Shown here piece after piece: positions 1 through 9,669 of a stretch of 62,805 bases of DNA. This DNA is from Candidatus Gottesmanbacteria bacterium (lineage in GTDB: Bacteria > Patescibacteriota > Microgenomatia > UBA10105 > UBA927). The notes beneath the pieces are model-generated. The model worked only from the letters and a program-made list of their open reading frames with translations, had not been told where the DNA came from and searched no databases. Numbering within the stretch: position 1 is the stretch's first letter; each line of letters begins with the position of its first letter. Position numbers and translations under genes: made by a program. The DNA is taken from positions 1 through 62,805 of the forward strand of contig JACREM010000041.1 of assembly GCA_016218215.1 (NCBI GenBank), read 5' to 3'.

Positions 1-105
1 GATAACAAAATATGTGAAGGAACAAGGACGAGAAAAAGAATACAAAAAGATGCACGTCGCGCAAATAACGATGTTTTAACAAAGAGCCTGTCGGGAGCAC
101 AATAG
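1..105 (+). CDS. 3' end of an unidentified CDS entering from upstream
   Basis: Frame +1 is open from the window edge to TAG at 103-105. The tail is basic (..TRTRKRIQKDARRANND..). No family recognised. Confidence 0.3.
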   Translation, partial: DNKICEGTRTRKRIQKDARRANNDVLTKSLSGAQ

Positions 106-130
106 ATACCCCGATGGCTCTGCCTCGGGG
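83..130. terminator. Hairpin-rich spacer between convergent gene ends (possible bidirectional terminator)
   Basis: AGAGCC(83-88)/GGCTCT(116-121) encloses TCGGG/CCCGA. A second pairing is CCCCGA(109-114)/TCGGGG(125-130). There is no clean T-tract. Confidence 0.35.
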
Positions 131-139
131 AGTGTCATT

Positions 140-1336
140 TTATAAGGTATTTTTAATAGCTTCTTCGATGAGATAATTTGTGTCGAATTTTTTTGCTAGT
201 TTGAGCGCATTTCTTCTATATGTTGAATATAGTTTTTCATTTGTAAGCAATTTAATAATTGAATCTGAAATATTTTTGATTTGGTATTCAACCATAAATC
301 CTGCGTGATGAAATTGAATAGTTTCTGCAATCGGTGGGACGTTTGTAATTACAACAGGAAGTCCACAACCCAAATAAAGTTTTGGCTTTCCTGGATCGGT
401 AAAATATGTGTAGCTATCTGGTGTGGGGGTGTAGGGCGCAAGTCCGATTGCTGAAGCACAAAGAATTTTTTCTAAGTCATCATGATTCTTTATAAACCCT
501 AGAAATTGTACATACTTTGCAAGCTGAAGGCTTTTTACTAATGCTTTGAGTGTATTTTCATATTCACCTTTTCCTATAATGAGAAGTTGAACATCAGTAA
601 TTCTATTTATTATATATGGAAGTGCTTTTATCATGAGTTGAAGCCCTTGTTTTTCTAAAAGATGACCTGCGAAAACTAGTTGATGCCGATTGATTTTTGA
701 AATTGGGAGTGGATGAATTCGAGATAAATTGGCTCCCATTGGTAACATAACCTGAGGCGCTATTCTAGTGATGCCATATTTTTTCCGCATCTCCGTCATT
801 TTAGGAGAAAGCACCCAAAGCGCATCAGAATACATGCATGCAACTTTGTCGACTAGATGATATAGAAAATTCAAAGGCTTGCTCTCAAATCGTACCGGAA
901 CATAATCAATTGAATAAAAGATGAGTTTGCTAATTTTTCCGAGCAAACGAAAAGGCATTACTGAGACAGTGTTGAGGCTGTCAAGAGCAATGCAAGCTGT
1001 AAATGATATGTGAGATTGCAATATGTATTTGGCACTAATCCAGATGTCTGCAATGTAAAAAATTATTTCGTGATAGCACCTTATTGGTGTAAAGTATTGG
1101 CTTATTAATTTACCGTTTTGGTAAATTCTCATCGAGGATCGTTTGTCATCGGCGTATGGAAATGGATGCTCTATATAAACGATTTTGTTCACCTTTTTTA
1201 AAAGAAAATCTCTGACTTCTTGAGCTGGCCCGCCACCAGATATTGTCCGGGTGTAGTAGTGTGAAATAATAAGTACACTTGAGTTTTGTAATAAATTCAT
1301 ACGATTAATGATAGCTACAATACGCTTTTCATTCAA
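140..1336 (-). CDS. GT4-type (GT-B fold) glycosyltransferase
   Basis: 398 aa ORF. The C-terminal domain is typical of the family (LLIIGKGEYE.., GLAPY.., GKPKLYLGCGLPVVITNVPPIAE). The internal Met at MNLLQNSSVLIISHYY (start about 1300) is an alternative start. Confidence 0.8.
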   Translation of the reverse strand: MNEKRIVAIINRMNLLQNSSVLIISHYYTRTISGGGPAQEVRDFLLKKVNKIVYIEHPFPYADDKRSSMRIYQNGKLISQYFTPIRCYHEIIFYIADIWISAKYILQSHISFTACIALDSLNTVSVMPFRLLGKISKLIFYSIDYVPVRFESKPLNFLYHLVDKVACMYSDALWVLSPKMTEMRKKYGITRIAPQVMLPMGANLSRIHPLPISKINRHQLVFAGHLLEKQGLQLMIKALPYIINRITDVQLLIIGKGEYENTLKALVKSLQLAKYVQFLGFIKNHDDLEKILCASAIGLAPYTPTPDSYTYFTDPGKPKLYLGCGLPVVITNVPPIAETIQFHHAGFMVEYQIKNISDSIIKLLTNEKLYSTYRRNALKLAKKFDTNYLIEEAIKNTL

Positions 1337-1362
1337 TGAGCGTGTTGATATAATAATCAGGA

Positions 1363-3051
1363 ATGAAATTATTTCAAAAAGATTCTATATTTCAGTGTAT
1401 TGTTTTTTTGTTCATCACTTTTGTTGTGCTAGCTACTTATCATGGAGTTTTCTTTACTTTTTTTCAGCAAGATGAATGGCAAAATTATGGACATCATTTA
1501 CTGAAAGGCGCAGGAGTACTATTTGACACAGATCGTGGCCAAAATCTCCTCAAACTTTTTTTTGCAGAAGGACGGGTACTATCAGAAGTGATGTATCTAC
1601 TTCTTTATGGTATAAGCAGGTTTTCAGTTGTTCCAATATTTATTTTTAGCATTTTCGTACAAGTAATTAATTCATATTTAGTATTTATATTAGGAAAAAA
1701 TATCTCGAAATCTTTATTTTTTGGGATAATTGCATCGTTATTTTTTGCAGTAAATAGTGTGTCTAGCCAAGCTGTGACTTGGGCGGCTGCCGTAGGAACT
1801 TTGCCTGCAGCAACATTCTTGCTTTTTTCGTTGTTGTTGTATGTTGAGTATCTTGAAGGCGGAAATACGCGAAAGCGTAATTTTTCTTATTTTCTTGGTA
1901 TTCTCTCTCTATTTTTTAAAGAAACAGGTTTATTTATTTTCGTATTATACCCATTGCTATATCTTCTTTGGGGAAAAGTTAAAAAGATACAAGATATTTT
2001 TCTCGTACATGCACCACTACTTTTGTATGGTATAGCACTTGTCTTGTTTCGAATGTACGAATTGCTTTCGGCACCAAAATCTGCCGCTGGGTTTGTGGGT
2101 CCAGATAGTGGAGGGTTCATTTTGCCAATGTTGTATCACAGTATAGTTAATCCAATGATTTCTCTTATTCAGATGTTTATTCCTCCACTTGATATATATG
2201 CATTCATTCCAACTATTGTTCGGAGCGAATACAGGATGCTTGTTGGTTCCCCGATGTTTGATCTGGTAGGGCAAAGTGCTGTGACAGACGTTGTTTCCCT
2301 CGCCGGGAGCATGATTGTGCTCTTTATTTTGGGCGGTATGCTTTTAGCAGAAAAGAATGAAAATTACGCAAAGAAAACTTTAACTTTTGGATTATTGCTT
2401 TTTTGGCTGAGTTTCCTGCCTTATGCTGTCTTGCATAAAGAATTTTCCTATATGTCATCACGGTATTATTATGTTGGAGCGATCGGTGCTGCTATAGTAT
2501 TTGGGTACCTTGTTGATTGGTTTTTGTGTAGGGTTCATTTTATTGGAAAATCATTCATTTTTGGTTTGGTTGGAATATTTTTAGTGCATCAGATGCAATC
2601 AATTCAAAATGATATTAGACCTCAGATTGTACTTGCCAATGAGAGGAAAAATTATCTGAATGAAATTAAGAGAGTTCATCCGAAGCTGGAAAATAAAACC
2701 ATATTTTATATTACGAGTGATAAAAAATTTCTTGGAGAAATTACGTATCCGTTTCAGAATGGATTGGGATACATATTAGAAGTTCAGTATTATAATACCG
2801 GCAAGATACCAAGAAGTTTCTTAGCGACGGATTTTCTTTGGGATTTGGGAAGTGAGGGATTTAGGGATGAGAACGGTTCTATCTTTGGTTATTTTGAACA
2901 TCTGGATCTGATTGGAGCGGCCGTAAAAGAAGGAAAAATTTCTCCACAAATAGTGTATAGCTATATTTATAATAGTAAAACTCATACAATGAGTGATATC
3001 TCGCTTTCAGTAAGAGAACAGCTTGCCACGCTGAGCGGAAGCTTGCAATGA
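1363..3051 (+). CDS. Polytopic membrane protein, GT-C/PMT-like glycosyltransferase candidate
   Basis: 562 aa with about 10 or more hydrophobic helices and an acidic motif in the first loop (FFQQDEWQNYGHH). A soluble domain of about 150 aa lies at the C-terminus. Function assigned from architecture only. Confidence 0.55.
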   Translation: MKLFQKDSIFQCIVFLFITFVVLATYHGVFFTFFQQDEWQNYGHHLLKGAGVLFDTDRGQNLLKLFFAEGRVLSEVMYLLLYGISRFSVVPIFIFSIFVQVINSYLVFILGKNISKSLFFGIIASLFFAVNSVSSQAVTWAAAVGTLPAATFLLFSLLLYVEYLEGGNTRKRNFSYFLGILSLFFKETGLFIFVLYPLLYLLWGKVKKIQDIFLVHAPLLLYGIALVLFRMYELLSAPKSAAGFVGPDSGGFILPMLYHSIVNPMISLIQMFIPPLDIYAFIPTIVRSEYRMLVGSPMFDLVGQSAVTDVVSLAGSMIVLFILGGMLLAEKNENYAKKTLTFGLLLFWLSFLPYAVLHKEFSYMSSRYYYVGAIGAAIVFGYLVDWFLCRVHFIGKSFIFGLVGIFLVHQMQSIQNDIRPQIVLANERKNYLNEIKRVHPKLENKTIFYITSDKKFLGEITYPFQNGLGYILEVQYYNTGKIPRSFLATDFLWDLGSEGFRDENGSIFGYFEHLDLIGAAVKEGKISPQIVYSYIYNSKTHTMSDISLSVREQLATLSGSLQ

Positions 3052-6000
3052 AACGAATACATTCCATAGTCGAAATACTCTTTATCTTTTTTTGTAGTCT
3101 GACACCACTTCTTTGGCTACGAAATGGTGAGATAATTTTGGGACATGATAGCGGGTTTCGTTTAGATCCATTTCAATATCTTCATACGCTTTGGTATTCG
3201 TGGAATCCAAACTCAGGATTTGGAGTGGATGTAAATAATTATTCCGGATTTCTTATTGCTCAATTTCCTGAAGCGTTTTTTTCTCATGTATTTGGCTCTT
3301 TGAACGCTGGTCAGACGATGAGTTTTATTTTTTGGTTTTTTACCATAGGTATATCAATGTTTATATTGATGAGAAATTTTTTTACTGAAAAAAAGTATTG
3401 GTCGATACGAATTCTCGCTAGTATTTTTTACATGTATAATTTTTATCTTCTTCAGGGATGGTTTATATCAGAAAGAGCTAAATTTTCTCTTTTTGCAGCA
3501 TTACCGCTTTTATTTCTTATTTTCTGGAAAATGCTTTCACATAAATGGGGGATCTTACAAGGTAGTATTTTGATTGCTCTTACGCTATTTTTTCTTAATG
3601 GTGGAGGATCCCCTCCGTTATATGGAGGAATTCTAGTTGCGCTCGGAATATTATTTGCATATTTTATAGTGCTTTCTATTATAAAAAGAAATTTTATTGA
3701 GATAATTTATGTATTACGCTGTGTTTTATCTATTGGAGTCGCAACTGTATGTATAAATGCATATTGGGTATTACCTCAACTTTATTTCGCATTTAATCAG
3801 TATGCTTCTCAGCTTTCATCTTCCGGGGGAATTGCAGGAATACTTTCGTGGGAGGAGGCTGTAAATAGATATGCAAGTTTAATAAATTTACTTCGATTGC
3901 AAGGTATACCTGATTGGTATGAAAATCCAATGCATCCATATTCTGGTATATTTTTAACTTCACCAATTCTCATTATCGCGAGTTTCATCCCGAGTGCAAT
4001 TATGCTTTATGTTCTTATGAAAAAAACGTTAAGAGAGAAATTAAAAGATCAAAGAGTATTTTTATTTGTCTGTTTCATGGTTTTTTTGATTGGACTTGTT
4101 ATGACAGCAGGTTCTCATAGACCATTCGGCTTTATATACATTTTTCTTTTGAAATATTTGCCTGGATTTGCCATATTTCGTTCAGCATTTTATAAATTTG
4201 GACCTTCGTATTGGTTTTCTGCTGTTATATTATTTAGTGTTTCATTTTATTTATTTATTTCTCAAGTAATTAAAAATAATTTATATCAAAAAATAGCTCT
4301 GAGTTTTGTTATTATTGGTGTACTTCTATATCATTTTCCGTATTTTACGGGTACTTTTTTTCTTTGGAATAAGCCATTTTCAACTAAAATAGTTTTGCCC
4401 CAATATGTAAAAAACATGTTTCAGTATTTAAATAGTACATACCTGACTCAGGATAATCATATTTTAATTCTGCCACCACTCGATACTGCATACTATGCTG
4501 ATAGTTATAGTTGGGGTTTCTGGAGCCTAGATTTACTTGCTCGGTTAAGCTTACGTTCTTCGGTCATTGCAAATGATTCCAAAGGACCACTTGTTGCTGC
4601 CCTCTATGACGCTGCTTTGCGAAATAGGAATGATATTTTCGAAGCAATAGCCGGAAGGCTCGGGATAGACAAGATTTTATGGAGAAATGATATATTATAT
4701 TCCGATAAAAAATCTGACAGCAGGAACTTTTCATATATTCGAGATTCAATATTAAAAAGTACAGCATTTTATAATGAAAAGACTTTTGGTGAATGGTTCC
4801 TTTATTCTACAAATAAATTATTAAATTCAAATAATATAGTGAGTGTTGAGCCTCTGATTTATAGAGCAGATATTTATAATTCTGATATTTCATATTTTTT
4901 TAATGCAAATGGCGTTTTGGAATACCCATTTGTTTTTAGTAGTGATTTACATAAGAATATTACAGAGCAAAATTTAGGCACTTTTATAAAAGGAAATGTG
5001 CTTCAAGCTGAGTGCATGTTCTGTGGGTATGAGGGGGCTAAGAATAAAGATGTGATATTTATTGATCAGTATGCAAGATTTTTACCTAGCTCTCCATTCT
5101 ATACTTTTATTCGACAAAAAGAGACAAAATTATTATCAAGCGTGCAAGGCATTCCAGAAGCATTGGTGGATGCGGATCTCGGTCTTGCTACAAAACGAAT
5201 AGTTGAGTTATCCGGAGTCATAAATCAAGAGGGTAGGGATAATATAGAGCTTTTATCTCGTGATATCGTTATGCGTTTTAAGGAAAGAATAGATGATGCA
5301 TTTTTACAAATTGAAAAATTAGGAGATGTGAAGAAAAATATATATAAGGTAAAAATCAATTTGTATATTCGTTATTTTATCAAATATATTGCTGAGATTG
5401 AAAAAAAGAATATATTACCTGGTAATTTTATCTCTTCATTCTATGAATATTTGCGAAATGCAACAGAAAAATTATCTTTGGAAACATGGATAAGTGATGG
5501 AAATGGTCATGATAGGTATTTTCTTACGATACCGACAAAAGGTTTGTATCACTTTTTAATTTCGAATTATAATAAAAGTTTAAATTCGATAAAAATAGAT
5601 AATGAAACTATACTTGATTATTCCCAGGTCGATTTGTCAGAAGGTATTCATAAAATAGAATTGACATATGAACCAATAAATGAAATTGCGGAGAATGTTG
5701 GTGCCACAGAGAAAATATTTTTAACCTACCACAACAAAAAATCTTATATTCTACCAGCTTTGTCATCTTTAGATAATTATGAGTTGCAATTTCAATATAA
5801 GATTTCTCAAGGTCGAAGTATTTATGTTGCACTTTACCAAAACAATGATTCACTCGATAAATCTGGCAATATAAAGCGCGCAGTATACTCAGAACTTGAG
5901 GATGACGGAAAATGGCATTCAGCAAATTTTGTAATTCAACCTAATTTTGGCGTATCAACTGGGGAAGTAGTATTCTTTACTGCGAATACTTCAAATGATT

Positions 6001-6485
6001 TAAATGCATTAGAAGTAGAAAATTTGACTGTTAGAAACATTTCCCCATCTAGAATTTTTGTGGTCCGAGAAAATGAAAAAGTTCCAGTTGAGATGCCTAG
6101 TATTAATGTAAAAAGAAATAATTCGGCTATATACACCGTGAAGGTAGATGAAGCAAAACATCCGTATATTTTAAATTTTAAGCAAACTTTTAATCAAGGA
6201 TGGAAAGCATTTGTAATACCGTCTGGAGATACTGAAAAATATGAGAATGCATGGCAGAGATTTAAGTTATTATTTCAATCCCCTGTCGAAGAAACACAAC
6301 ATTTCTCGATAGACGGATATACAAATGCTTGGATTATAAAAAATACTGGTTCATACACAGTACTTCTCGTATATTGGCCACATATGCTATTTCTTGTATC
6401 AGTTGTATGTTCTGTTATTTCGATTTTATTGACTTGCTTAGTAGTGTTAAAGATTATTAGAGAAAAGGGCAAATCACATGAATAG
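3048..6485 (+). CDS. Giant GT-C-like membrane glycosyltransferase (AftD/DUF3367- or YfhO-like architecture)
   Basis: 1145 aa. The N-terminus reads GHDSGFRLDPFQYLHTLWYSWNPNSGFG and is followed by about 12 TM helices. A soluble region of about 650 aa and a single C-terminal TM anchor (LFLVSVVCSVISILLTCLVVL) follow. ATGA overlap with the upstream gene. Confidence 0.6.
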   Translation: MKRIHSIVEILFIFFCSLTPLLWLRNGEIILGHDSGFRLDPFQYLHTLWYSWNPNSGFGVDVNNYSGFLIAQFPEAFFSHVFGSLNAGQTMSFIFWFFTIGISMFILMRNFFTEKKYWSIRILASIFYMYNFYLLQGWFISERAKFSLFAALPLLFLIFWKMLSHKWGILQGSILIALTLFFLNGGGSPPLYGGILVALGILFAYFIVLSIIKRNFIEIIYVLRCVLSIGVATVCINAYWVLPQLYFAFNQYASQLSSSGGIAGILSWEEAVNRYASLINLLRLQGIPDWYENPMHPYSGIFLTSPILIIASFIPSAIMLYVLMKKTLREKLKDQRVFLFVCFMVFLIGLVMTAGSHRPFGFIYIFLLKYLPGFAIFRSAFYKFGPSYWFSAVILFSVSFYLFISQVIKNNLYQKIALSFVIIGVLLYHFPYFTGTFFLWNKPFSTKIVLPQYVKNMFQYLNSTYLTQDNHILILPPLDTAYYADSYSWGFWSLDLLARLSLRSSVIANDSKGPLVAALYDAALRNRNDIFEAIAGRLGIDKILWRNDILYSDKKSDSRNFSYIRDSILKSTAFYNEKTFGEWFLYSTNKLLNSNNIVSVEPLIYRADIYNSDISYFFNANGVLEYPFVFSSDLHKNITEQNLGTFIKGNVLQAECMFCGYEGAKNKDVIFIDQYARFLPSSPFYTFIRQKETKLLSSVQGIPEALVDADLGLATKRIVELSGVINQEGRDNIELLSRDIVMRFKERIDDAFLQIEKLGDVKKNIYKVKINLYIRYFIKYIAEIEKKNILPGNFISSFYEYLRNATEKLSLETWISDGNGHDRYFLTIPTKGLYHFLISNYNKSLNSIKIDNETILDYSQVDLSEGIHKIELTYEPINEIAENVGATEKIFLTYHNKKSYILPALSSLDNYELQFQYKISQGRSIYVALYQNNDSLDKSGNIKRAVYSELEDDGKWHSANFVIQPNFGVSTGEVVFFTANTSNDLNALEVENLTVRNISPSRIFVVRENEKVPVEMPSINVKRNNSAIYTVKVDEAKHPYILNFKQTFNQGWKAFVIPSGDTEKYENAWQRFKLLFQSPVEETQHFSIDGYTNAWIIKNTGSYTVLLVYWPHMLFLVSVVCSVISILLTCLVVLKIIREKGKSHE

Positions 6486-6840
6486 GATGCAAATTCAGTG
6501 TATGGAATTTGTTGCAAAAAATGGTTCAAAATTAATTGTATTTACTCTCGCTGTAGTTTTGCTAATATTCCTAGAGAAGTTTCCCTATTTAAACATTCTA
6601 TTGTCTTATCCTTTTACCTGGAATCTATTTGTAATCCTTTTTTTCTTGTTAGTTGTACTTTTTAAGCCCACAGAGTCTTTTTCCTTTTTTTCTTCTTTGG
6701 TATTTTTATGTTTTTCAGCTATATTTTCTATTTTTCGAAAAGATATGGCTGCTCAAGGAGTCGGAAATATCGCTGTGTATTTATTGATATTTGGATTTTT
6801 ACAAATAGTTCTTTTTAAGTTAAAAGTAAATCATGTATGA
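6478..6840 (+). CDS. Small 4-TM membrane protein
   Basis: 120 aa with four hydrophobic segments. It overlaps both neighbouring genes (8 nt and 4 nt), which implies co-translation with the flanking GT-C genes. Confidence 0.6.
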   Translation: MNRMQIQCMEFVAKNGSKLIVFTLAVVLLIFLEKFPYLNILLSYPFTWNLFVILFFLLVVLFKPTESFSFFSSLVFLCFSAIFSIFRKDMAAQGVGNIAVYLLIFGFLQIVLFKLKVNHV

Positions 6841-8867
6841 AAAAATTTATTGAGAAAATTCTTTTAACGAATAGATTTCAAGTGGTTATGTTTGTGTTTG
6901 TGATATTGTATATAGCATTAGTGTTTCGCGGTTGGTTTTCTTTTTCACTTCATGTATCTGGCGACTTTTTATATAAGTTTCCTGAGGCGGTAAAGGATTT
7001 TCCATTGTTTCCTTCACTTTGGAATTCAATCATAGCCGGGGGACTCGGTGGAAATGCAAGTTTTCTTCTGGGACTAGAGTCCTGGTACTTAGCATCTGCA
7101 AAGATATTTGGTTTTTTTGGTCTCGGATGGGAGTGGGTAGAAAAGATAATCTGGTTCTATCCATTTCTGTTTATTTCATTTTTAGGCAGTTTTTTCCTTG
7201 GGAAAAGGATCCTTCATTCAAGTATTTGGGCTCTCATTTCATCTGTGATTTATTGTACGAATACATATGTCCTCATGATCTCAGGGGGAGGCCAGATTGG
7301 CGTACTGCTTTCAGTTGCTCTTGCTCCATGGGTACTTGATCGATCCTTGGCATTACTCGACCACCTTAGTAGAAAGAATATTGTTTATCTTAGTATTGTG
7401 CTTGCTTTTCAAATGCTGTTTGATGCACGGATGGTGTTTGTTACGAGCATGGGGATTGCTTTATTATTCTTTTTTCAAATTTCATCAATTTCATGGCTTA
7501 AGGATCGATTGCTTTACCTTGGCATTTCATTTTTCTTTGCTTTCGGACTTCTCTCGTGGTGGCTTTTGCCTTTTGTTTTTTCTCCTCATGAAACTTTAAG
7601 TTCCATGGGATTATCGTCAGTATCTCTTTCTGCTGTGCGTTATTTCAGTTTCGCGCCATTTGAGCATGCAATCTCGCTTCTTCATCCCAATTGGCCGGAG
7701 AATATATTTGGCAAGATCCACTTTTTGCAGCCGGAATTTTTACTATTACCGTTTTTGGCATTTTTAAGTTTATCCTTCATACATAAGAGTGAAACGAAGA
7801 GATATTTATATATAGGTTTTGTCATAACAGCACTAGTAGGAGCGTTTTTAGCAAAAGGATCTCAGCCTCCGTTTGGGAATATATATGAATATTTATATAT
7901 GCATGTTCCGGGTTTTAGTTTGTTCCGTGACCCGACTAAATTTTTATTGCTTGTAGCACTTTCGTATTCAGTTTTGATTCCGTACACGCTTCAGAGATTT
8001 GCTGAAATTATTAAAACTAAATATGGAAACAAAAAAGAGAGAACCGTAGTTGGTATTCTGATCTTGTTTTTTATTTTTCTCTGGGGCACAGTGCATAGAG
8101 AAATTTTTACTCCGGGGCTTGGTGGGACTTTTCAGGAGCACGGAGTAAATATAGAATACACTCAGCTGAAAGATTTTTTGTTAAAAGATAAAGAATTTGG
8201 ACGAATGCTTTGGGTGCCAACAACCCATAAATTAGGGTTTTCTTCAGGTTTACATCCATCAATATCCGCTATGGATGTATTGAAAAGTACAAATTCCGCT
8301 GAATTATTTGACAGACTACAGAATTCAGAAACGCTACGAAAACTTGAAGAATGGGCAGTGTCATATATCGTGGTTCCTGAGGATACGAGTGCCGAGATAT
8401 TCGCGACAGACCGAAGGTATGACGACAAAAAATATCAAGAAGCACTTAGGGCCATGGAGATTGTTCCTGGATTCCATGTTGCTGCGCAGTTAGGGAAAAT
8501 TGTAGTTTTCCAATCTAACTTGCCGGTTCGGCACGTGTGGATTATCGGTGATGGAAATATTTCTGTTTCTGCCGAGTATAAAAAATTATCGAATACTTCT
8601 TACATTTTGGACAAACCCATCGGAATAACGTTGACTGCACTCTATTTGTCAGAAAGATATGATCCGGGATGGGTAGCGCGGATAGGTGATTTGCGTATCG
8701 CTTCGACGAAGACAGATACCAATATTAATATGTTTAACATCCCAGATGGAGCATCAGATTCAATTCTGATTGAATACGAGCCGCAAAAATATGTAATTGC
8801 GGGAATGATTTTGTCGATTCTGACCGGATGTGCCATGGCGGTGTATTTTTTCAATAGAAAATTATGA
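6837..8867 (+). CDS. GT-C-like polytopic membrane glycosyltransferase candidate
   Basis: 676 aa. It has an N-terminal multi-TM domain, a soluble C-terminal domain and a terminal TM anchor (VIAGMILSILTGCAMAVYFF). The layout matches the 3048-6485 protein. Confidence 0.6.
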   Translation: MKKFIEKILLTNRFQVVMFVFVILYIALVFRGWFSFSLHVSGDFLYKFPEAVKDFPLFPSLWNSIIAGGLGGNASFLLGLESWYLASAKIFGFFGLGWEWVEKIIWFYPFLFISFLGSFFLGKRILHSSIWALISSVIYCTNTYVLMISGGGQIGVLLSVALAPWVLDRSLALLDHLSRKNIVYLSIVLAFQMLFDARMVFVTSMGIALLFFFQISSISWLKDRLLYLGISFFFAFGLLSWWLLPFVFSPHETLSSMGLSSVSLSAVRYFSFAPFEHAISLLHPNWPENIFGKIHFLQPEFLLLPFLAFLSLSFIHKSETKRYLYIGFVITALVGAFLAKGSQPPFGNIYEYLYMHVPGFSLFRDPTKFLLLVALSYSVLIPYTLQRFAEIIKTKYGNKKERTVVGILILFFIFLWGTVHREIFTPGLGGTFQEHGVNIEYTQLKDFLLKDKEFGRMLWVPTTHKLGFSSGLHPSISAMDVLKSTNSAELFDRLQNSETLRKLEEWAVSYIVVPEDTSAEIFATDRRYDDKKYQEALRAMEIVPGFHVAAQLGKIVVFQSNLPVRHVWIIGDGNISVSAEYKKLSNTSYILDKPIGITLTALYLSERYDPGWVARIGDLRIASTKTDTNINMFNIPDGASDSILIEYEPQKYVIAGMILSILTGCAMAVYFFNRKL

Positions 8868-8985
8868 AAAAAAGTTCTCATTACCGGTTCAGCAGGACTT
8901 ATAGGCAGTGAAGCGGTGCGATATTACTGTCAAAAAGGATTCGAAGTACATGGTATAGACAATAACATGCGAGCTTATTTTTTTA
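8864..8985 (+). pseudogene. Frameshifted, truncated 5' fragment of the NAD-dependent epimerase gene (paralogous to 10394-10520)
   Basis: 8874-8984 translates to [37 protein letters not shown], against [37 protein letters not shown] in the intact gene. The ATG at 8864 is out of frame because of an A7 run (8867-8873). Homology ends at about 8984. Confidence 0.8.
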
Positions 8986-9004
8986 GGTACGTAATAAATA
9001 GTAT

Positions 9005-9033
9005 TTGATAAAATGATTCCAACGGAATATACT
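9005..9033 (+). promoter_or_regulatory. Sigma70-like promoter for abiEi/abiEii
   Basis: TTGATA (9005-9010), a 17-nt spacer, then TATACT (9028-9033), 38 nt upstream of the abiEi ATG. Confidence 0.45.
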
Positions 9034-9043
9034 CATTACAGTA

Positions 9044-9063
9044 ATTACCTATATTTAGGTAAT
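9044..9063 (+). promoter_or_regulatory. Perfect 8-bp inverted repeat, candidate AbiEi operator
   Basis: ATTACCTA-tatt-TAGGTAAT lies between the -10 element and the abiEi start codon. Confidence 0.45.
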
Positions 9064-9070
9064 AAATGAA

Positions 9071-9667
9071 ATGAAAACATCACTTTTAGCCATCAGAGAC
9101 ACTTTGTTAGCGAAACATCTCCCGATATTTTCAGCGCGGGAGTTTGGAGCGCTGCTTTCTTTATCGAACAGACAAACGCTATATTATCTCCAAAAAGGTG
9201 CTGAGAATGGATTGTTTATTCAAGCTAAACGTGGGATATATTACCTTAAGACTGATCCGCCTTCTGAGTTGGAAATTGCTAATCAGCTCTACCGCCCTTC
9301 ATATATTTCATTTGAATTTGCGCTTGCCTACTACAATCTTTTACCTGAAATGGTCTATACCATAACTTCAGCTACTACTAAGCCTACCCGGGAATATACG
9401 GTTGAAACAAAAATCTTTCGTTATACCACTATTAAACTTAGTGCATATACAGGATATGAAATGAAAGTAGCTAATCATAAACGATTTTTTATTGCTGAAC
9501 CGGAAAAAGCTATTGTCGATTATCTGTATGCGGTTTCTCTCGGGAGACGGGCATTATCAGAACGTCTTGACCTGTCTACTGTTGATATAAAAAAGATAAA
9601 AATATATACAACGCTTTTCGCCAGTAAATCTTTGAATGCTTTAGTAACCAAAGTATTTCAAAAATAA
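9071..9667 (+). CDS. abiEi: Type IV toxin-antitoxin / abortive infection antitoxin, AbiEi family
   Basis: 198 aa. It has an N-terminal wHTH-like region (FSAREFGALLSLSNRQTLYYLQKGAENGLFIQAKRGIYY) and the family-typical SFEFALAYYNLLPE. It sits 3 nt upstream of an AbiEii gene. Confidence 0.8.
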   Translation: MKTSLLAIRDTLLAKHLPIFSAREFGALLSLSNRQTLYYLQKGAENGLFIQAKRGIYYLKTDPPSELEIANQLYRPSYISFEFALAYYNLLPEMVYTITSATTKPTREYTVETKIFRYTTIKLSAYTGYEMKVANHKRFFIAEPEKAIVDYLYAVSLGRRALSERLDLSTVDIKKIKIYTTLFASKSLNALVTKVFQK

Positions 9668-9669
9668 TT

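Noticed and set aside
1337-1362. The 26-bp divergent spacer between the minus-strand GT4 gene and the first GT-C gene, considered as a bidirectional promoter.
   Set aside because: It is too short to hold two promoters. More probably the GT4 gene starts at the internal Met (about 1300) and the promoters lie partly in what the ORF track calls coding sequence. A TATAAT at about 1345-1350 is noted, but no matching -35 element could be supported.
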